A stretch of DNA of 64,000 nt. Origin: an uncultured Chloroflexia bacterium. GTDB lineage: Bacteria; Chloroflexota; Limnocylindria; Limnocylindrales; CSP1-4. A program made the position numbers and the translations under genes. The stretch lies in NCBI GenBank assembly GCA_963713975.1, contig OY970218.1:256001-320000 (forward strand). The letters are read 5' to 3'. Positions 17,505-27,191 of this stretch are shown piece after piece. Each line of letters starts with the position of its first letter. The stretch's first letter is position 1. The notes under the pieces were generated by a model, which ran no database searches, was not told where the DNA came from, and saw nothing but the letters and a program-made list of their open reading frames with translations.

Positions 17505-19001
17505 ATGCGCCGACTGGGACTTGAACGGGACGTCGTGGACCCGGTCGTCCGGGACCGTGCTGCCGATCGCTGCCGGTCCCTGGGCGTGGTCCTGCCGACC
17601 TTCGCCCAGCTGGCCGATCCCGACCTCGTCCCCAGCGCCGTGGCCGAGCGGCTTGCCGCCGTCGATCCTGATGCGCCCGATCCGCTCAACCTGTACCGCG
17701 TCCACTGGTTCAATGACGGCACGCGGGCCGCCCGGACACACGTCCCCGACCACCTGGTCCTGCCCGAGGCGCTGACCGGCGTCGTCTCGCCGATCGTGAT
17801 CGCGCTGGGCGACCGGTTCCCGATGATCCGGTCGCACAAGGTCATCGCGGCCTACGGCTGCCTCGCGCCGCGGATCGTGACCGGCCAGTTCGATCCCGCG
17901 ACGGAGCGGGCGGTCTGGCCGTCCACCGGCAACTACTGCCGGGGCGGCGCGGCGATCTCCCGGATCATGGGCTGCCGCGGCGTGGCGGTCCTCCCCGAGG
18001 GAATGAGCCGCGAGCGGTTCGAGTGGCTCGAGCGGTGGGTTGCCGACCCGTCGGACATCATCCGGACGCCGGGCACGGAGAGCAACGTCAAGGAGATCTA
18101 CGACCGCTGCGCGGAGCTCGACCGCGAGCCGGACACGGTGATCTTCAACCAGTTCAGCGAGTTCGGGAACCACGTCGCCCACTACGCCCTCACTGGCCGT
18201 GCCCTGGCGCACGTGTTCGAGGCGGTCCGGGCCCGGCAGCCGAGCGTCCGCGCCGCCGCGTTCGTGTCGGCGACCGGGTCCGCCGGGACCATCGGGGCCG
18301 GCGACTACCTCAAGGAACGGCTCGGCTCGCGGACGGTGGCCGTCGAGGCACTGGAGTGCCCGACCATGCTCGCCAACGGCTTCGGCGAGCACAACATCCA
18401 GGGGATCGGCGACAAGCACATCCCGCTCATCCACAACGTGATGGCGACCGACCTCGTGGCGGCCGTCTCTGACCGGGCCACCGATGCGCTCCTAGTGCTG
18501 TTCAACACGGCCGTCGGTCGCGAGTACCTCGTGCGGCGACGCGGCGTGCCCGCCGAGATCGTGAGCGCCCTCGGGTCGCTCGGCGTGTCCTCGATCTGCA
18601 ACGTGCTGGCCGCGATCAAGGTGGCCCGCCACCAGCACCTCGGACCCGACGACGTGATCCTGACGGTCGCCACGGACGGCGCGGAGATGTACGCGACCGA
18701 GCTGGAGCGGATCGCCGCCCGCGACTTCCCGGGCGGGTTCGACGAGGTGGCGGCCGGGGAGACCTTCGGGGCCTACCTCAACGCCGTCGCGGAGGACCAC
18801 GTCCTGGAGGCGACCCGCGCCGATCGCGAGCGGATCTTCAACCTCGGCTACTACACCTGGGTCGAACAGCAGGGGGTGCCGATCGACGAGTTCGAGGCCC
18901 GCCGCCAACCGGACTTCTGGACGACGATGCGCGGGATCGTCGACCGCTGGGACCAACTGATCGACGAGTTCAATGCGCACGTCGCCGGTGGACCGGCCTA
19001 G
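17505..19001 (+). CDS. PLP-dependent fold-type II enzyme (cysteine synthase/beta-family like)
   Basis: SHKV PLP lysine, [22 protein letters not shown]; AGGAGG RBS. Confidence 0.85.
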   Translation: MRRLGLERDVVDPVVRDRAADRCRSLGVVLPTFAQLADPDLVPSAVAERLAAVDPDAPDPLNLYRVHWFNDGTRAARTHVPDHLVLPEALTGVVSPIVIALGDRFPMIRSHKVIAAYGCLAPRIVTGQFDPATERAVWPSTGNYCRGGAAISRIMGCRGVAVLPEGMSRERFEWLERWVADPSDIIRTPGTESNVKEIYDRCAELDREPDTVIFNQFSEFGNHVAHYALTGRALAHVFEAVRARQPSVRAAAFVSATGSAGTIGAGDYLKERLGSRTVAVEALECPTMLANGFGEHNIQGIGDKHIPLIHNVMATDLVAAVSDRATDALLVLFNTAVGREYLVRRRGVPAEIVSALGSLGVSSICNVLAAIKVARHQHLGPDDVILTVATDGAEMYATELERIAARDFPGGFDEVAAGETFGAYLNAVAEDHVLEATRADRERIFNLGYYTWVEQQGVPIDEFEARRQPDFWTTMRGIVDRWDQLIDEFNAHVAGGPA

Positions 19002-19017
19002 TCGAGGAGGTGGCCGC

Positions 19018-20481
19018 ATGAGCGCTCCATCGCCGCGCCGGAGAGAGGTCCCACCGCCACCCGCGGTCGAGACGGGGCTCGCGTGTGCCGGGTGTGGCGC
19101 GCTGGGACCCGCCCACCACCCGTTCACGCCACGCTGCCCGAACCGCCGCGCCGGCGACGACATCGACCACGTGATGGCGCGCGGCATCGACCTCAACCGC
19201 CTCGACCCGCCCGCCGACCCGGACCCGAATCCGTTCGTCCGCTACCGGGCCCTGTTCCACGCCTACCACGTTGCCCGGGCGGCGGGCTGGGGTGACAGCC
19301 GCTACGTGGGCCTGGTGCGCGAGCTCGACGATGCCGTGGCACGCGTGGACGGCAAGGGGTTCCGGGTCACGCCCCTGGTGCGGGCGCCGGGGATCGCGCA
19401 TGCCGCCGGCCTCGGCGCGCGGGGGACGGTCTGGGTCAAGGATGAGACGGGCAACGTCGCGGGATCCCACAAGGCGCGCCACCTGTTCGGGGTCATGCTG
19501 GAGCTGCGCGTGGCCGAGGCGATCGCGGGCAGGGAGCCCATTGAGCCCGCGGCACCGCTGGCCATCGCGAGCTGCGGCAACGCCGCCCTGGCCGCCACCT
19601 TGGTCGCCCGGGCGGCCCAGCGCGAGCTCCAGGTATTCGTCCCCGCCAGTGCCGACGTCGCCGTGGTCGACAGGCTGCGCGATCTCGGTGCAGCTGTCGT
19701 CGTCTGCCCCCGCCGTCCTGGCGAGACGGGCGATCCGTCGTACCACCGGATGCAGGAGGCCCTGGCCGAGGGCGCCATCCCGTTCACCTGCCAGGGCCCC
19801 GACAACGGCCTCGCGATCGAGGGCGGGGCGACCGTCGCCTGGGAGATCGTGGACGCCATGCGCGCCGCCGGCGCGTCCCTCGACCGCATCGTCGTCCAGG
19901 TTGGCGGCGGGGCACTCGCATCGGGGATCATGCTCGGGTTCGACGACGCTGCGGTCATCGGCGCGCTCGGGGTCGTCCCGCGCCTCGACACGGTCCAGGC
20001 GCGCGGTGGCTGGCCGCTCGTCCGCGCCTACCGGCAGGTGCTCGCCGACCTCGGCACCGCCGCCGGGGTGCCGCTCCGCCCGGACGTCGTGCACGACGCC
20101 ATCCGTCACGCGGCCAACCACCGGTCGCGCTACATGTGGCCCTGGGAGACGGAGCCCGTGAGCGTCGCCCACGGCATCCTGGACGACGAGACCTACGACT
20201 GGCTCGCGGTCGTGCGGGCGATGCTGGCCACCGGGGGTCGCGCGATCGTCGTCGACGAGGCCGACCTCGTCGAGGCCAACGAGATCGCCCGGGGGGCCAC
20301 CGGCATCGACGCGGACGAGACCGGCACCGCGGGGGTCGCGGGCCTGCTGGCCCTTGCCCGCGGCGGGTTTGTACGACCCGGCGAATCGGTCGCCGTGGTC
20401 CTCAGCGGCGCCCGCCGTCCCGCCCCATCGGCAGCAGCGTCCTCCACTCAGCCCAGGTCATCGCAACGGAGCACGCCATGA
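19018..20481 (+). CDS. Threonine-synthase-like PLP enzyme with N-terminal Cys ribbon
   Basis: CAGC...RCP, VKDETGNVAGSHKAR, ASCGNA, QVGGGAL; GAGGAG RBS. Confidence 0.85.
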   Translation: MSAPSPRRREVPPPPAVETGLACAGCGALGPAHHPFTPRCPNRRAGDDIDHVMARGIDLNRLDPPADPDPNPFVRYRALFHAYHVARAAGWGDSRYVGLVRELDDAVARVDGKGFRVTPLVRAPGIAHAAGLGARGTVWVKDETGNVAGSHKARHLFGVMLELRVAEAIAGREPIEPAAPLAIASCGNAALAATLVARAAQRELQVFVPASADVAVVDRLRDLGAAVVVCPRRPGETGDPSYHRMQEALAEGAIPFTCQGPDNGLAIEGGATVAWEIVDAMRAAGASLDRIVVQVGGGALASGIMLGFDDAAVIGALGVVPRLDTVQARGGWPLVRAYRQVLADLGTAAGVPLRPDVVHDAIRHAANHRSRYMWPWETEPVSVAHGILDDETYDWLAVVRAMLATGGRAIVVDEADLVEANEIARGATGIDADETGTAGVAGLLALARGGFVRPGESVAVVLSGARRPAPSAAASSTQPRSSQRSTP

Positions 20482-21431
20482 GAAGCTTCCTCGGCCGCGA
20501 CATCCTCTCGCTCAAGGACTTCAGCCGCGACGAGTACTTCCGGGTCTTCCAGGTCGCCGACGACCTCCGTCCCTTCGCCCGGGACCGCCGGAACACCGAC
20601 CTGCTCAAGGGCAAGACCCTGCTGACGGCCTTCTACCAGCCGAGCACCCGCACGCGCCTCTCCCACGAGGCCGCGATGCACCGGCTGGGCGGCGCCGTGC
20701 TGGGGTTCAGCGACGCCAAGATGACCCGCGCCGGGGACTTCTACCAGGAGTCGATCAAGGACACGTTCCACATGCTGGAGTACTACGCGGACGTGATCGC
20801 GATCCGCCACTTCCGGCAGGGAGCACCGCACGAGGCGGCCAAGTGGGCGTCCGTCCCGGTCATCAACTGCGGCGACGGATGGGGCGAGCACCCGACCCAG
20901 GTCCTCACCGACCTGTACACGATCCTCCACGAGAAGGGCACCCTCGATGGGCTGACCTACCTCCTGGTCGGCGACATGCGGATGCGGACGATGCACTCGA
21001 TCCTGTACGCGCTCTCGCAGTTCGACGCCCGGGCCATCGTGGTCGGCCCTCCGGACATGAGCCTCCTGCCGGAGTTCAAGGAGGAGATCGACGCGCTGAA
21101 CGTGGACTACGTGGAGGCGGGCGACGTCCGGGACGTGATCGGCGAGGCGGACATCATCTACATGGAGCCGGTGGTCCAGGCGGACTACACGGCGTCGCGC
21201 GTGGAGCGCAGCGGCGATACGGGCCTCACGCCACCGGAGTACGTGGTCACGCGCCAGCTGCTGGCCGACAAGGCACGGCGCTCGTCGATCATCCTCCACT
21301 CGCTGCCGCGGATGGACGAGCTGCCCGAGGACGTGGACGCGACCCGCCACCAGCGGTACTGGTCGGAGGCCTTCAACGGCGTCGCGCTCAAGATGGGCCT
21401 GCTCGCGCTGATCCTCGGCGCCGCCGAGTAG
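20478..21431 (+). CDS. Aspartate-carbamoyltransferase-like protein with altered substrate pocket
   Basis: FYQPSTRT, ESIKDT, HPTQ, HSLPR; lacks the RxQ aspartate-binding motif (YMEPVVQ). Confidence 0.85.
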   Translation: MRSFLGRDILSLKDFSRDEYFRVFQVADDLRPFARDRRNTDLLKGKTLLTAFYQPSTRTRLSHEAAMHRLGGAVLGFSDAKMTRAGDFYQESIKDTFHMLEYYADVIAIRHFRQGAPHEAAKWASVPVINCGDGWGEHPTQVLTDLYTILHEKGTLDGLTYLLVGDMRMRTMHSILYALSQFDARAIVVGPPDMSLLPEFKEEIDALNVDYVEAGDVRDVIGEADIIYMEPVVQADYTASRVERSGDTGLTPPEYVVTRQLLADKARRSSIILHSLPRMDELPEDVDATRHQRYWSEAFNGVALKMGLLALILGAAE

Positions 21432-21440
21432 GGGCGCGTC

Positions 21441-22418
21441 ATGCAGACCGACCTCCGTGGCCGCGACCTCATCAGCCTCCAGGAGTGGACGAAGGAGGAG
21501 ATCGACACCGTCCTGGAGGTGGCGCTCCAGCTCAAGCGGGAGCGTGCGCTGGGCATCGCCCACCCGCTGCTGCGGGACCGGGTCCTCGCGATGCTGTTCT
21601 TCTTCTCGTCCACCAGGACCCGGGCCTCGTTCGAGGCAGGCATGGCCCAGCTCGGCGGCCACGCCCAGTTCATCGAGAGCCGTACCACCCAGATCGCCCA
21701 TGGCGACACGGCCACCGAGATCGGCGAGATCCTGGGCCGCTACAACGACGGCATCGCGATCCGCAACGTGGACTGGGGCATCGGCAACGGCTACATCCGT
21801 GACGTAGCGGCGGCCAGCCGGGTCCCCGTCCTCAACATGCAGTGCGATCTCTACCACCCGCACCAGTCCCTCGCCGACCTGCTCACGATCATCGAGAAGA
21901 AGGGCGACCCGAAGGGGCGCACGATCGACATCAGCTGGGCGTACGCGGCCAGCTACCAGAAGCCGATCAGCGTCCCGGTGGACCTCTCCCTGCTGACGAC
22001 GCGCTACGGGATGCACGTCCGGCTTGTCCACCCGCCGGAGTTCCGGCTGCCGCAGGACCTGGTGGACCAGGCCGCCGAGAACGCGCGCCGGAGCGGAGGG
22101 TCGTTCCAGCTGATGGACGACTTCGAGACCGGCATGCGTGGCGCGGACATCGTCTACGCCAAGAGCTGGGGGGCGCTCCTTTCGGCGACGTCCGAGGAGG
22201 AGGGCGCCGCAACGGCCAGGCGGTACACGGACTGGATCACAGACGAGCGGCGGATCGCGCTGGCCGCCGAGGACGCGATCTACATGCACCCGCTCCCCGC
22301 GGACCGCAACGTGGAGGTGGCCGACGCCGTGATCGACGGTCCGCACTCGGTCGTCTACGACGAGGCCGAGAACCGGCTGCACGTGCAGAAGGCGGTGATG
22401 GCGCTCACGATGCGCTAG
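21441..22418 (+). CDS. YgeW/AOTCase-like (knotted) carbamoyltransferase
   Basis: SSTRT, HPHQ, SWAYAASYQKPISVP (resembles the YgeW WAYSPSYGKPLSVP loop), YAKSW, MHPLP, AENR. Confidence 0.85.
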   Translation: MQTDLRGRDLISLQEWTKEEIDTVLEVALQLKRERALGIAHPLLRDRVLAMLFFFSSTRTRASFEAGMAQLGGHAQFIESRTTQIAHGDTATEIGEILGRYNDGIAIRNVDWGIGNGYIRDVAAASRVPVLNMQCDLYHPHQSLADLLTIIEKKGDPKGRTIDISWAYAASYQKPISVPVDLSLLTTRYGMHVRLVHPPEFRLPQDLVDQAAENARRSGGSFQLMDDFETGMRGADIVYAKSWGALLSATSEEEGAATARRYTDWITDERRIALAAEDAIYMHPLPADRNVEVADAVIDGPHSVVYDEAENRLHVQKAVMALTMR

Positions 22419-22550
22419 GCCGTCCCGTCCCTCCGTGGGGCACGCCAGCCAGCCGTCCTCGCTCATGGTGGTGCGCGGCGCATGTTGCCGCCATAGGTCA
22501 GACTTGACGCCGCCACGATCGGGCGCGGCCCCGAAGACCAGGGAGCATCG

Positions 22551-23921
22551 ATGATCCACGACCACGCGCACGACAACGACGAGCTCACTCCGGCCTACGC
22601 CGGCCGGCTGCAGAACGCCCGGATGCCCAAGAACTCGCTGCCGGACGGGGAGCTATCCGCGACGTCCGTGTACCGGTACATCCACGATGAGCTGATGCTC
22701 GACGGCAGCTCCCGGCTCAACATGGCGACGTTCGTCACGACCTGGATGGAGCCCGAGGCCGACAGGCTGATGGCCGAGACGTTCGACAAGAACATGATCG
22801 ACAAGGACGAGTACCCGCAGACCGCCGAGATCGAGCGGCGCTGCGTCAACATCGTCGCCAATCTGTTCCACGCTCCCATGGATGCCGAGGCGGTTGGCGT
22901 GTCCACGATAGGCTCGAGCGAGGCGGTCATGCTGGCCGGCCTGGCCATGAAGTGGCGCTGGCGCCAGCGGCGCGAGGCAGCCGGACTGCCCACGGATCGG
23001 CCCAACATGGTGATGGGCTCCAACGTCCAAGTCGTGTGGGAGAAGTTCTGCCGGTACTGGGACGTGGAGCCGCGCTACGTTCCGGTGACCTCGAGCCGTT
23101 TCGTCGTGGACCCGGACGATGTGATGGCCCGCGTCGACGAGCGCACCATCGGTGTCATCCCCATCCTCGGGACGACATACACGGGTGAGTTCGAGCCCGT
23201 CAAGGAGATCCACGACCGGGTCGTTGCCTACAACGCGGCCCACGGACTCGACATCCCCATCCATGTCGACGCCGCGAGCGGCGGGTTCGTCGCGCCGTTC
23301 CTGCATCCAGACCTGGAGTGGGACTTCCGGCTCCCCCAAGTGAAGTCGATCAACGTGTCCGGGCACAAGTACGGCCTTGTCTATCCGGGACTGGGGTTCG
23401 CAATCTGGCGCTCGAAGGAGGAACTGCCCGAGGACCTCGTGTTCCACGTGAACTACCTCGGCGGCGATATGCCCACCTTCACGCTGAACTTCTCGCGACC
23501 GGGCAACCAGATCGTGGGGCAGTACTACAACTTCCTGCGCCTCGGTCGCGAGGGCTACACGCGGATCATGGAGTCGCTCCGCGATGTCGCGCTGTACCTG
23601 TCGGGCGAGATCGCCGGGATGGACCAGTTCGAGGTCATCAGCGACGGCAGCGCCATCCCGGTCCTGTCGTTCAGGACCAAGGGCGACCAGCCGTTCACGG
23701 TGTTCCATGTCTCCGACCAGCTGCGAATGGGCGGCTGGCAGGTGCCCGCGTACACGATGCCGGCGGACGCCACCGATGTCGCGGTCCTGCGGATCGTCGT
23801 CCGCGAGGGCTTCAGCATGGACCTCGCCGAGGGGTTGGTCGCGGCCCTGCACAAGGCCGTGGACCATCTCGTGCAGTACCCGCCGGCCCACCCGCCGGAG
23901 TCCGGCCACTTCGCGCACTGA
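22551..23921 (+). CDS. gadB: Glutamate decarboxylase
   Basis: NMATFVTTWME, NMIDKDEYP, IGSSEA, HVDAASGGF, SGHKY. Confidence 0.95.
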   Translation: MIHDHAHDNDELTPAYAGRLQNARMPKNSLPDGELSATSVYRYIHDELMLDGSSRLNMATFVTTWMEPEADRLMAETFDKNMIDKDEYPQTAEIERRCVNIVANLFHAPMDAEAVGVSTIGSSEAVMLAGLAMKWRWRQRREAAGLPTDRPNMVMGSNVQVVWEKFCRYWDVEPRYVPVTSSRFVVDPDDVMARVDERTIGVIPILGTTYTGEFEPVKEIHDRVVAYNAAHGLDIPIHVDAASGGFVAPFLHPDLEWDFRLPQVKSINVSGHKYGLVYPGLGFAIWRSKEELPEDLVFHVNYLGGDMPTFTLNFSRPGNQIVGQYYNFLRLGREGYTRIMESLRDVALYLSGEIAGMDQFEVISDGSAIPVLSFRTKGDQPFTVFHVSDQLRMGGWQVPAYTMPADATDVAVLRIVVREGFSMDLAEGLVAALHKAVDHLVQYPPAHPPESGHFAH

Positions 23922-23953
23922 GGGTGGCGCAGGCCGGCGGGTCGCCCGCAACG

Positions 23954-24625
23954 ATGCGCTGGCGGCGCGAGGTCCGCTGGACACCCCGCGACCTGGGCTG
24001 GCGCATCGGTGCGCTGTTCATCGTCGGTTCGTTCCTGTTCGCCCTCGGGGCGTTCCCGCCGTACTTCAACCTGGTCGATCCCCGGCTCGTGGCCGTCACG
24101 TTCGCGGCCGGGTCGGTGTTCTTCACATCCGCCGGCTACAGCCAGTTCCTCCAGGCGCTCAACGAGGGTTCGGAGACGTTCCGCTTCATCGGGGCAAGGC
24201 CGCGGGACATGGTGTGGTGGGCGGTAACCGTGCAGCTCGCCGGCACCATCTTCTTCAACATCAGCACGTTCGGCGCCCTCGTACAGGGCCTCGACACGCA
24301 GCGGGTCGACCGGCTGGTCTGGACGCCGGACATCTTCGGCTCGATCGCGTTCCTCGTGGCGAGCGCCCTCGCATGGATCGCGCTCGTCGGGTTCCGGTGG
24401 GCCGTCAGAAGCGGCGTCGCCGACTGGTGGATCAACCTGCTCAACGCCGTCGGCTCGATCTTCTTCATGCTGTCCGCGATCGCGGCGCTGGTCCTGCCGA
24501 CCACGGACGAGATGGTGAGCATCACGATCGTGAACGCCGGCACGTTCTTCGGCGCCGCGTGCTTCCTGGTCGGCGGCTACCTGCTCTGGCCGGCGGAGGC
24601 ATCGCAGGGCCAGCGCGACACCTGA
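23954..24625 (+). CDS. YrhK-like membrane protein
   Basis: Six hydrophobic segments with repeated GS..F motifs (FIVGSFLF, GSVFF, GSIAFL, GSIFF). Confidence 0.75.
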   Translation: MRWRREVRWTPRDLGWRIGALFIVGSFLFALGAFPPYFNLVDPRLVAVTFAAGSVFFTSAGYSQFLQALNEGSETFRFIGARPRDMVWWAVTVQLAGTIFFNISTFGALVQGLDTQRVDRLVWTPDIFGSIAFLVASALAWIALVGFRWAVRSGVADWWINLLNAVGSIFFMLSAIAALVLPTTDEMVSITIVNAGTFFGAACFLVGGYLLWPAEASQGQRDT

Positions 24626-24635
24626 CCCGGGCTCC

Positions 24636-25466
24636 TCAGGCGGGCGTCGCCCGCCGATCCCGCCCCGCGGCCCGCAGCGCGACCTCGATGAACGGACGGA
24701 GTCGCGTGGAGATGTCCAGCTCCGTCCGCCTGAAGCCGGCCAGCTTCTCGGCCTCGCTGCCTTCGACCTCTGATGGGTCGTCGAGACCCCAGTGGAGCGT
24801 GTTCTCCGAGCCCGGGAACACCGGGCATGTCTGGCGGGCGCGGTCGCAGACCGTGATGACGTAGTCGAACCGCTGGTCGAGGAACTCCGTGATCGGCTTG
24901 CTACGGGCGCCGGACCAGTCGATGCCATGATCAGCAAGCACCCGCACGGCGTAGGGATTGACCTGCGAGACCTCGGTGCCGGCCGAGAACACCTCAAAGG
25001 CGGTGCCGCCGTATTCGCGCAGGAGCGCCTCGGCGATCTGGCTGCGGGCGCTGTTGTGGGTGCACACGAAGAGCACGCGGATGGGACGGTCGGACACGGG
25101 TCGCTTCCTCCTCGCGCGGCCGGCTGCCGCGATGGTCATCTCCAGGTCCATGAGCTCCCCCTCGAGCCGGTCGAGGTCGGCACGCTGGCGGGCGATGACC
25201 TCATGCTGCTCTGCGAGCAGTGGCGCGAGGTCGATGTCGATCCCGCCGGGGTCGAGGCAGAGACGCGCGAGCCGACCAGCGTCCTCAGGCCCGAGCCCCA
25301 GCCGTCGCAGCGCAACGAGCAGGCGCAGCCGGGCAAGATCCGCCTCGCCGTAGTCGCGGTAGCCGTTCTCGCGCCGGGGTGCGACGGGCAGGACGCCCGC
25401 CTGTTCGTACCAGCGGACAGCCGAGGCCGCGATCCCGGCGCGACGAGCAAGCTCGGCGATCCTCAC
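24636..25466 (-). CDS. MerR-family HTH fused to thioredoxin-type arsenate reductase ArsC (LMW-PTP fold)
   Basis: N-term IAELARRAG..VRWYE..RENGYRDY; C-term VLFVCTHNSARSQIAE, TVCD, CPVFP, HWGLDDP. Confidence 0.9.
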   Translation of the reverse strand: MRIAELARRAGIAASAVRWYEQAGVLPVAPRRENGYRDYGEADLARLRLLVALRRLGLGPEDAGRLARLCLDPGGIDIDLAPLLAEQHEVIARQRADLDRLEGELMDLEMTIAAAGRARRKRPVSDRPIRVLFVCTHNSARSQIAEALLREYGGTAFEVFSAGTEVSQVNPYAVRVLADHGIDWSGARSKPITEFLDQRFDYVITVCDRARQTCPVFPGSENTLHWGLDDPSEVEGSEAEKLAGFRRTELDISTRLRPFIEVALRAAGRDRRATPA

Positions 25467-26181
25467 CGGTAGCCGCGCGCCTCGCGGAGCTGCGCGGCGA
25501 ACTCGACGGGCAGATCGGTCGCCTCGATCGCGCGGGCTGCCGCCTCCACGTCGTAGGCGACGCGCCGGAACTCGACCTTGTCCGCGACTGTATCTAGGAG
25601 CGCCCAGCAGGCGCGCGGGTCGCCGTCCTTGGGCTTGCCGGCGGATCCGACATTGATGAACCGGGTGCCGGCTACCGTCTTGTCGTAGGGCTTGTGGGTG
25701 TGGCCGCAGACGATGACGTCTGCAGCAGCCCCCGCCGCGATCCGCGCGAAGGTCTCATCGGGCTTGTCCTCGTAGAGGTACTCGTTGATCCGCCGCGGGC
25801 TGCCATGGACGAGCAGGTAGCGCCTGCCGTCGATCTCGAACCGGATCTCCGGATGCAGCGTCCTCAGCCAGGCCGTATTCGTCTCGCTCGTGTGCGCCTT
25901 CGTCCATGCGAAGCCGGCGTCACCCTCGGCCTTGTCGCGTTCCTTGACGTAGGCACAGCCGCACTCGGCTCGTCCGAACCCCGTGCCGTCGTCGTAGTTG
26001 CCCATGACGATCGGGAAGCCCTCGGCCGCCAGGCGCTCCAGCACCTCATTGGGCCAGGGGCGTAGCCAACGAGGTCGCCCAGGGCATACCGCGCGTCTAC
26101 GTCGGCACCCTCGATGTCGGCGAGTACGGCCTCCAGGGCGGGCAGGTTGGCATGAACGTCGGAGAAGATCGCAATGCGCAT
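25463..26181 (-). pseudogene. Metallophosphoesterase (YfcE-like, CGC motif) with a 1-nt frameshift
   Basis: SDVHAN...GDLVGYAP in one frame, WPNEV...GNYD...CGC...HGSP...GHTH...NVGS in another; one extra C at 26057-26060 restores a 239-aa ORF. Confidence 0.8.
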
Positions 26182-26187
26182 GCCGGT

Positions 26188-26218
26188 AGCGTAGACCTTC
26201 GAGTGGCTTGAAGGTCAA
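26188..26218 (-). promoter_or_regulatory. MerR-type promoter/operator
   Basis: TTGACC-19 bp-TACGCT with dyad GACCTTC-N9-GAAGGTC; ATG 6 nt after the -10. Confidence 0.8.
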
Positions 26219-26357
26219 GCGGGGAACCGGGCCGTGCGACTGGCTTGACGGGTGCCCCCGCATGTGCGGCGCGTGCTCTCCGGGCTCCGCCGCCGACCGG
26301 CGCCACGGCCGATCGGGGTCCGGGCCGTCGGGTCCCGGTTCGTGACACTCGGCATGT

Positions 26358-26381
26358 TTGACATCTCACGTACCCGTGACA
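26358..26381 (+). promoter_or_regulatory. -35 TTGACA with ArsR-like dyad
   Basis: TTGACATCTCACGTACCCGTGACA (TCAC-N6-GTGA); similar dyad at about 27680-27698. Confidence 0.5.
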
Positions 26382-26395
26382 CATTAGGGCTTGAG

Positions 26396-27145
26396 ATGTT
26401 GCTTGTCTTGACACCCCTGCTGTTCGGCCTCAGCTTCCTGTCCGGGATGCTGGGCCTGGGCGTGGCGTTCGTTGCAATCCCGGTACTCGGACTGTTCGGG
26501 TACGACCTCAAGGACGTCATCCAGCCGTGGGCGCTCCTCCTCAACGGCCTCACCGCCATCAGCGCCGCAATCGCGTTCTGGAAGGCCGGGATGGTCGACA
26601 AGCGGGGAGCGCTGCTCCTGATCGTGATCACCACGATCTGCGCGCCGATCGGCGTCTGGCTGCTCCAGTTCGCCTCGACCGAGCTCGTGTGGTGGCTGTA
26701 CGTCGGCGTTCTGGTGTTCCTCGCAGTGCGCATGCTGATGCCGAAACGTGCCTCGACCGAGGTCGTCGCTGAGATCGCGGATGCCAATCGCGGGAGGGCG
26801 GCGGTGGCCGCCGCACCGATCTCGGTCTTCGCGGGGTTCCTGGGTGTAGGGCCCGGCTTCCTGCTGATGCCGACCCTGGCACTCGTCGGGTACAGCGCGC
26901 GCCTGGCAGCCGCCACCAACTCGGTCGTCGTGATCGTGCCCTCCTTTTCGGCATTCGCCTCGCACCTCGGTACTGCGAGCTTCGACTGGCCGACCGTGAT
27001 CGTGACCTCCATCGCATGCGTCATCGGCTCGTGGCTGGGGGCGCGCTTCACGGCCGGCAGGGTCAAGAGCGCCACCCTCTCGCGGATCTTCGCCATTGCC
27101 CTCGTCGTGCTCGCGGTGCAGCGGGCGTGGATACTGCTGTCATAG
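26396..27145 (+). CDS. TSUP (TauE/SafE) family membrane transporter
   Basis: SGMLGLGVAF..P and AGFLGVGPGFLLMP repeats, AAATN; about eight TM. Confidence 0.88.
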   Translation: MLLVLTPLLFGLSFLSGMLGLGVAFVAIPVLGLFGYDLKDVIQPWALLLNGLTAISAAIAFWKAGMVDKRGALLLIVITTICAPIGVWLLQFASTELVWWLYVGVLVFLAVRMLMPKRASTEVVAEIADANRGRAAVAAAPISVFAGFLGVGPGFLLMPTLALVGYSARLAAATNSVVVIVPSFSAFASHLGTASFDWPTVIVTSIACVIGSWLGARFTAGRVKSATLSRIFAIALVVLAVQRAWILLS

Positions 27146-27191
27146 GTGGCTCCGCCCCGTGCGCTGTCCGCCGCCCGACCGGAGATGTGGT

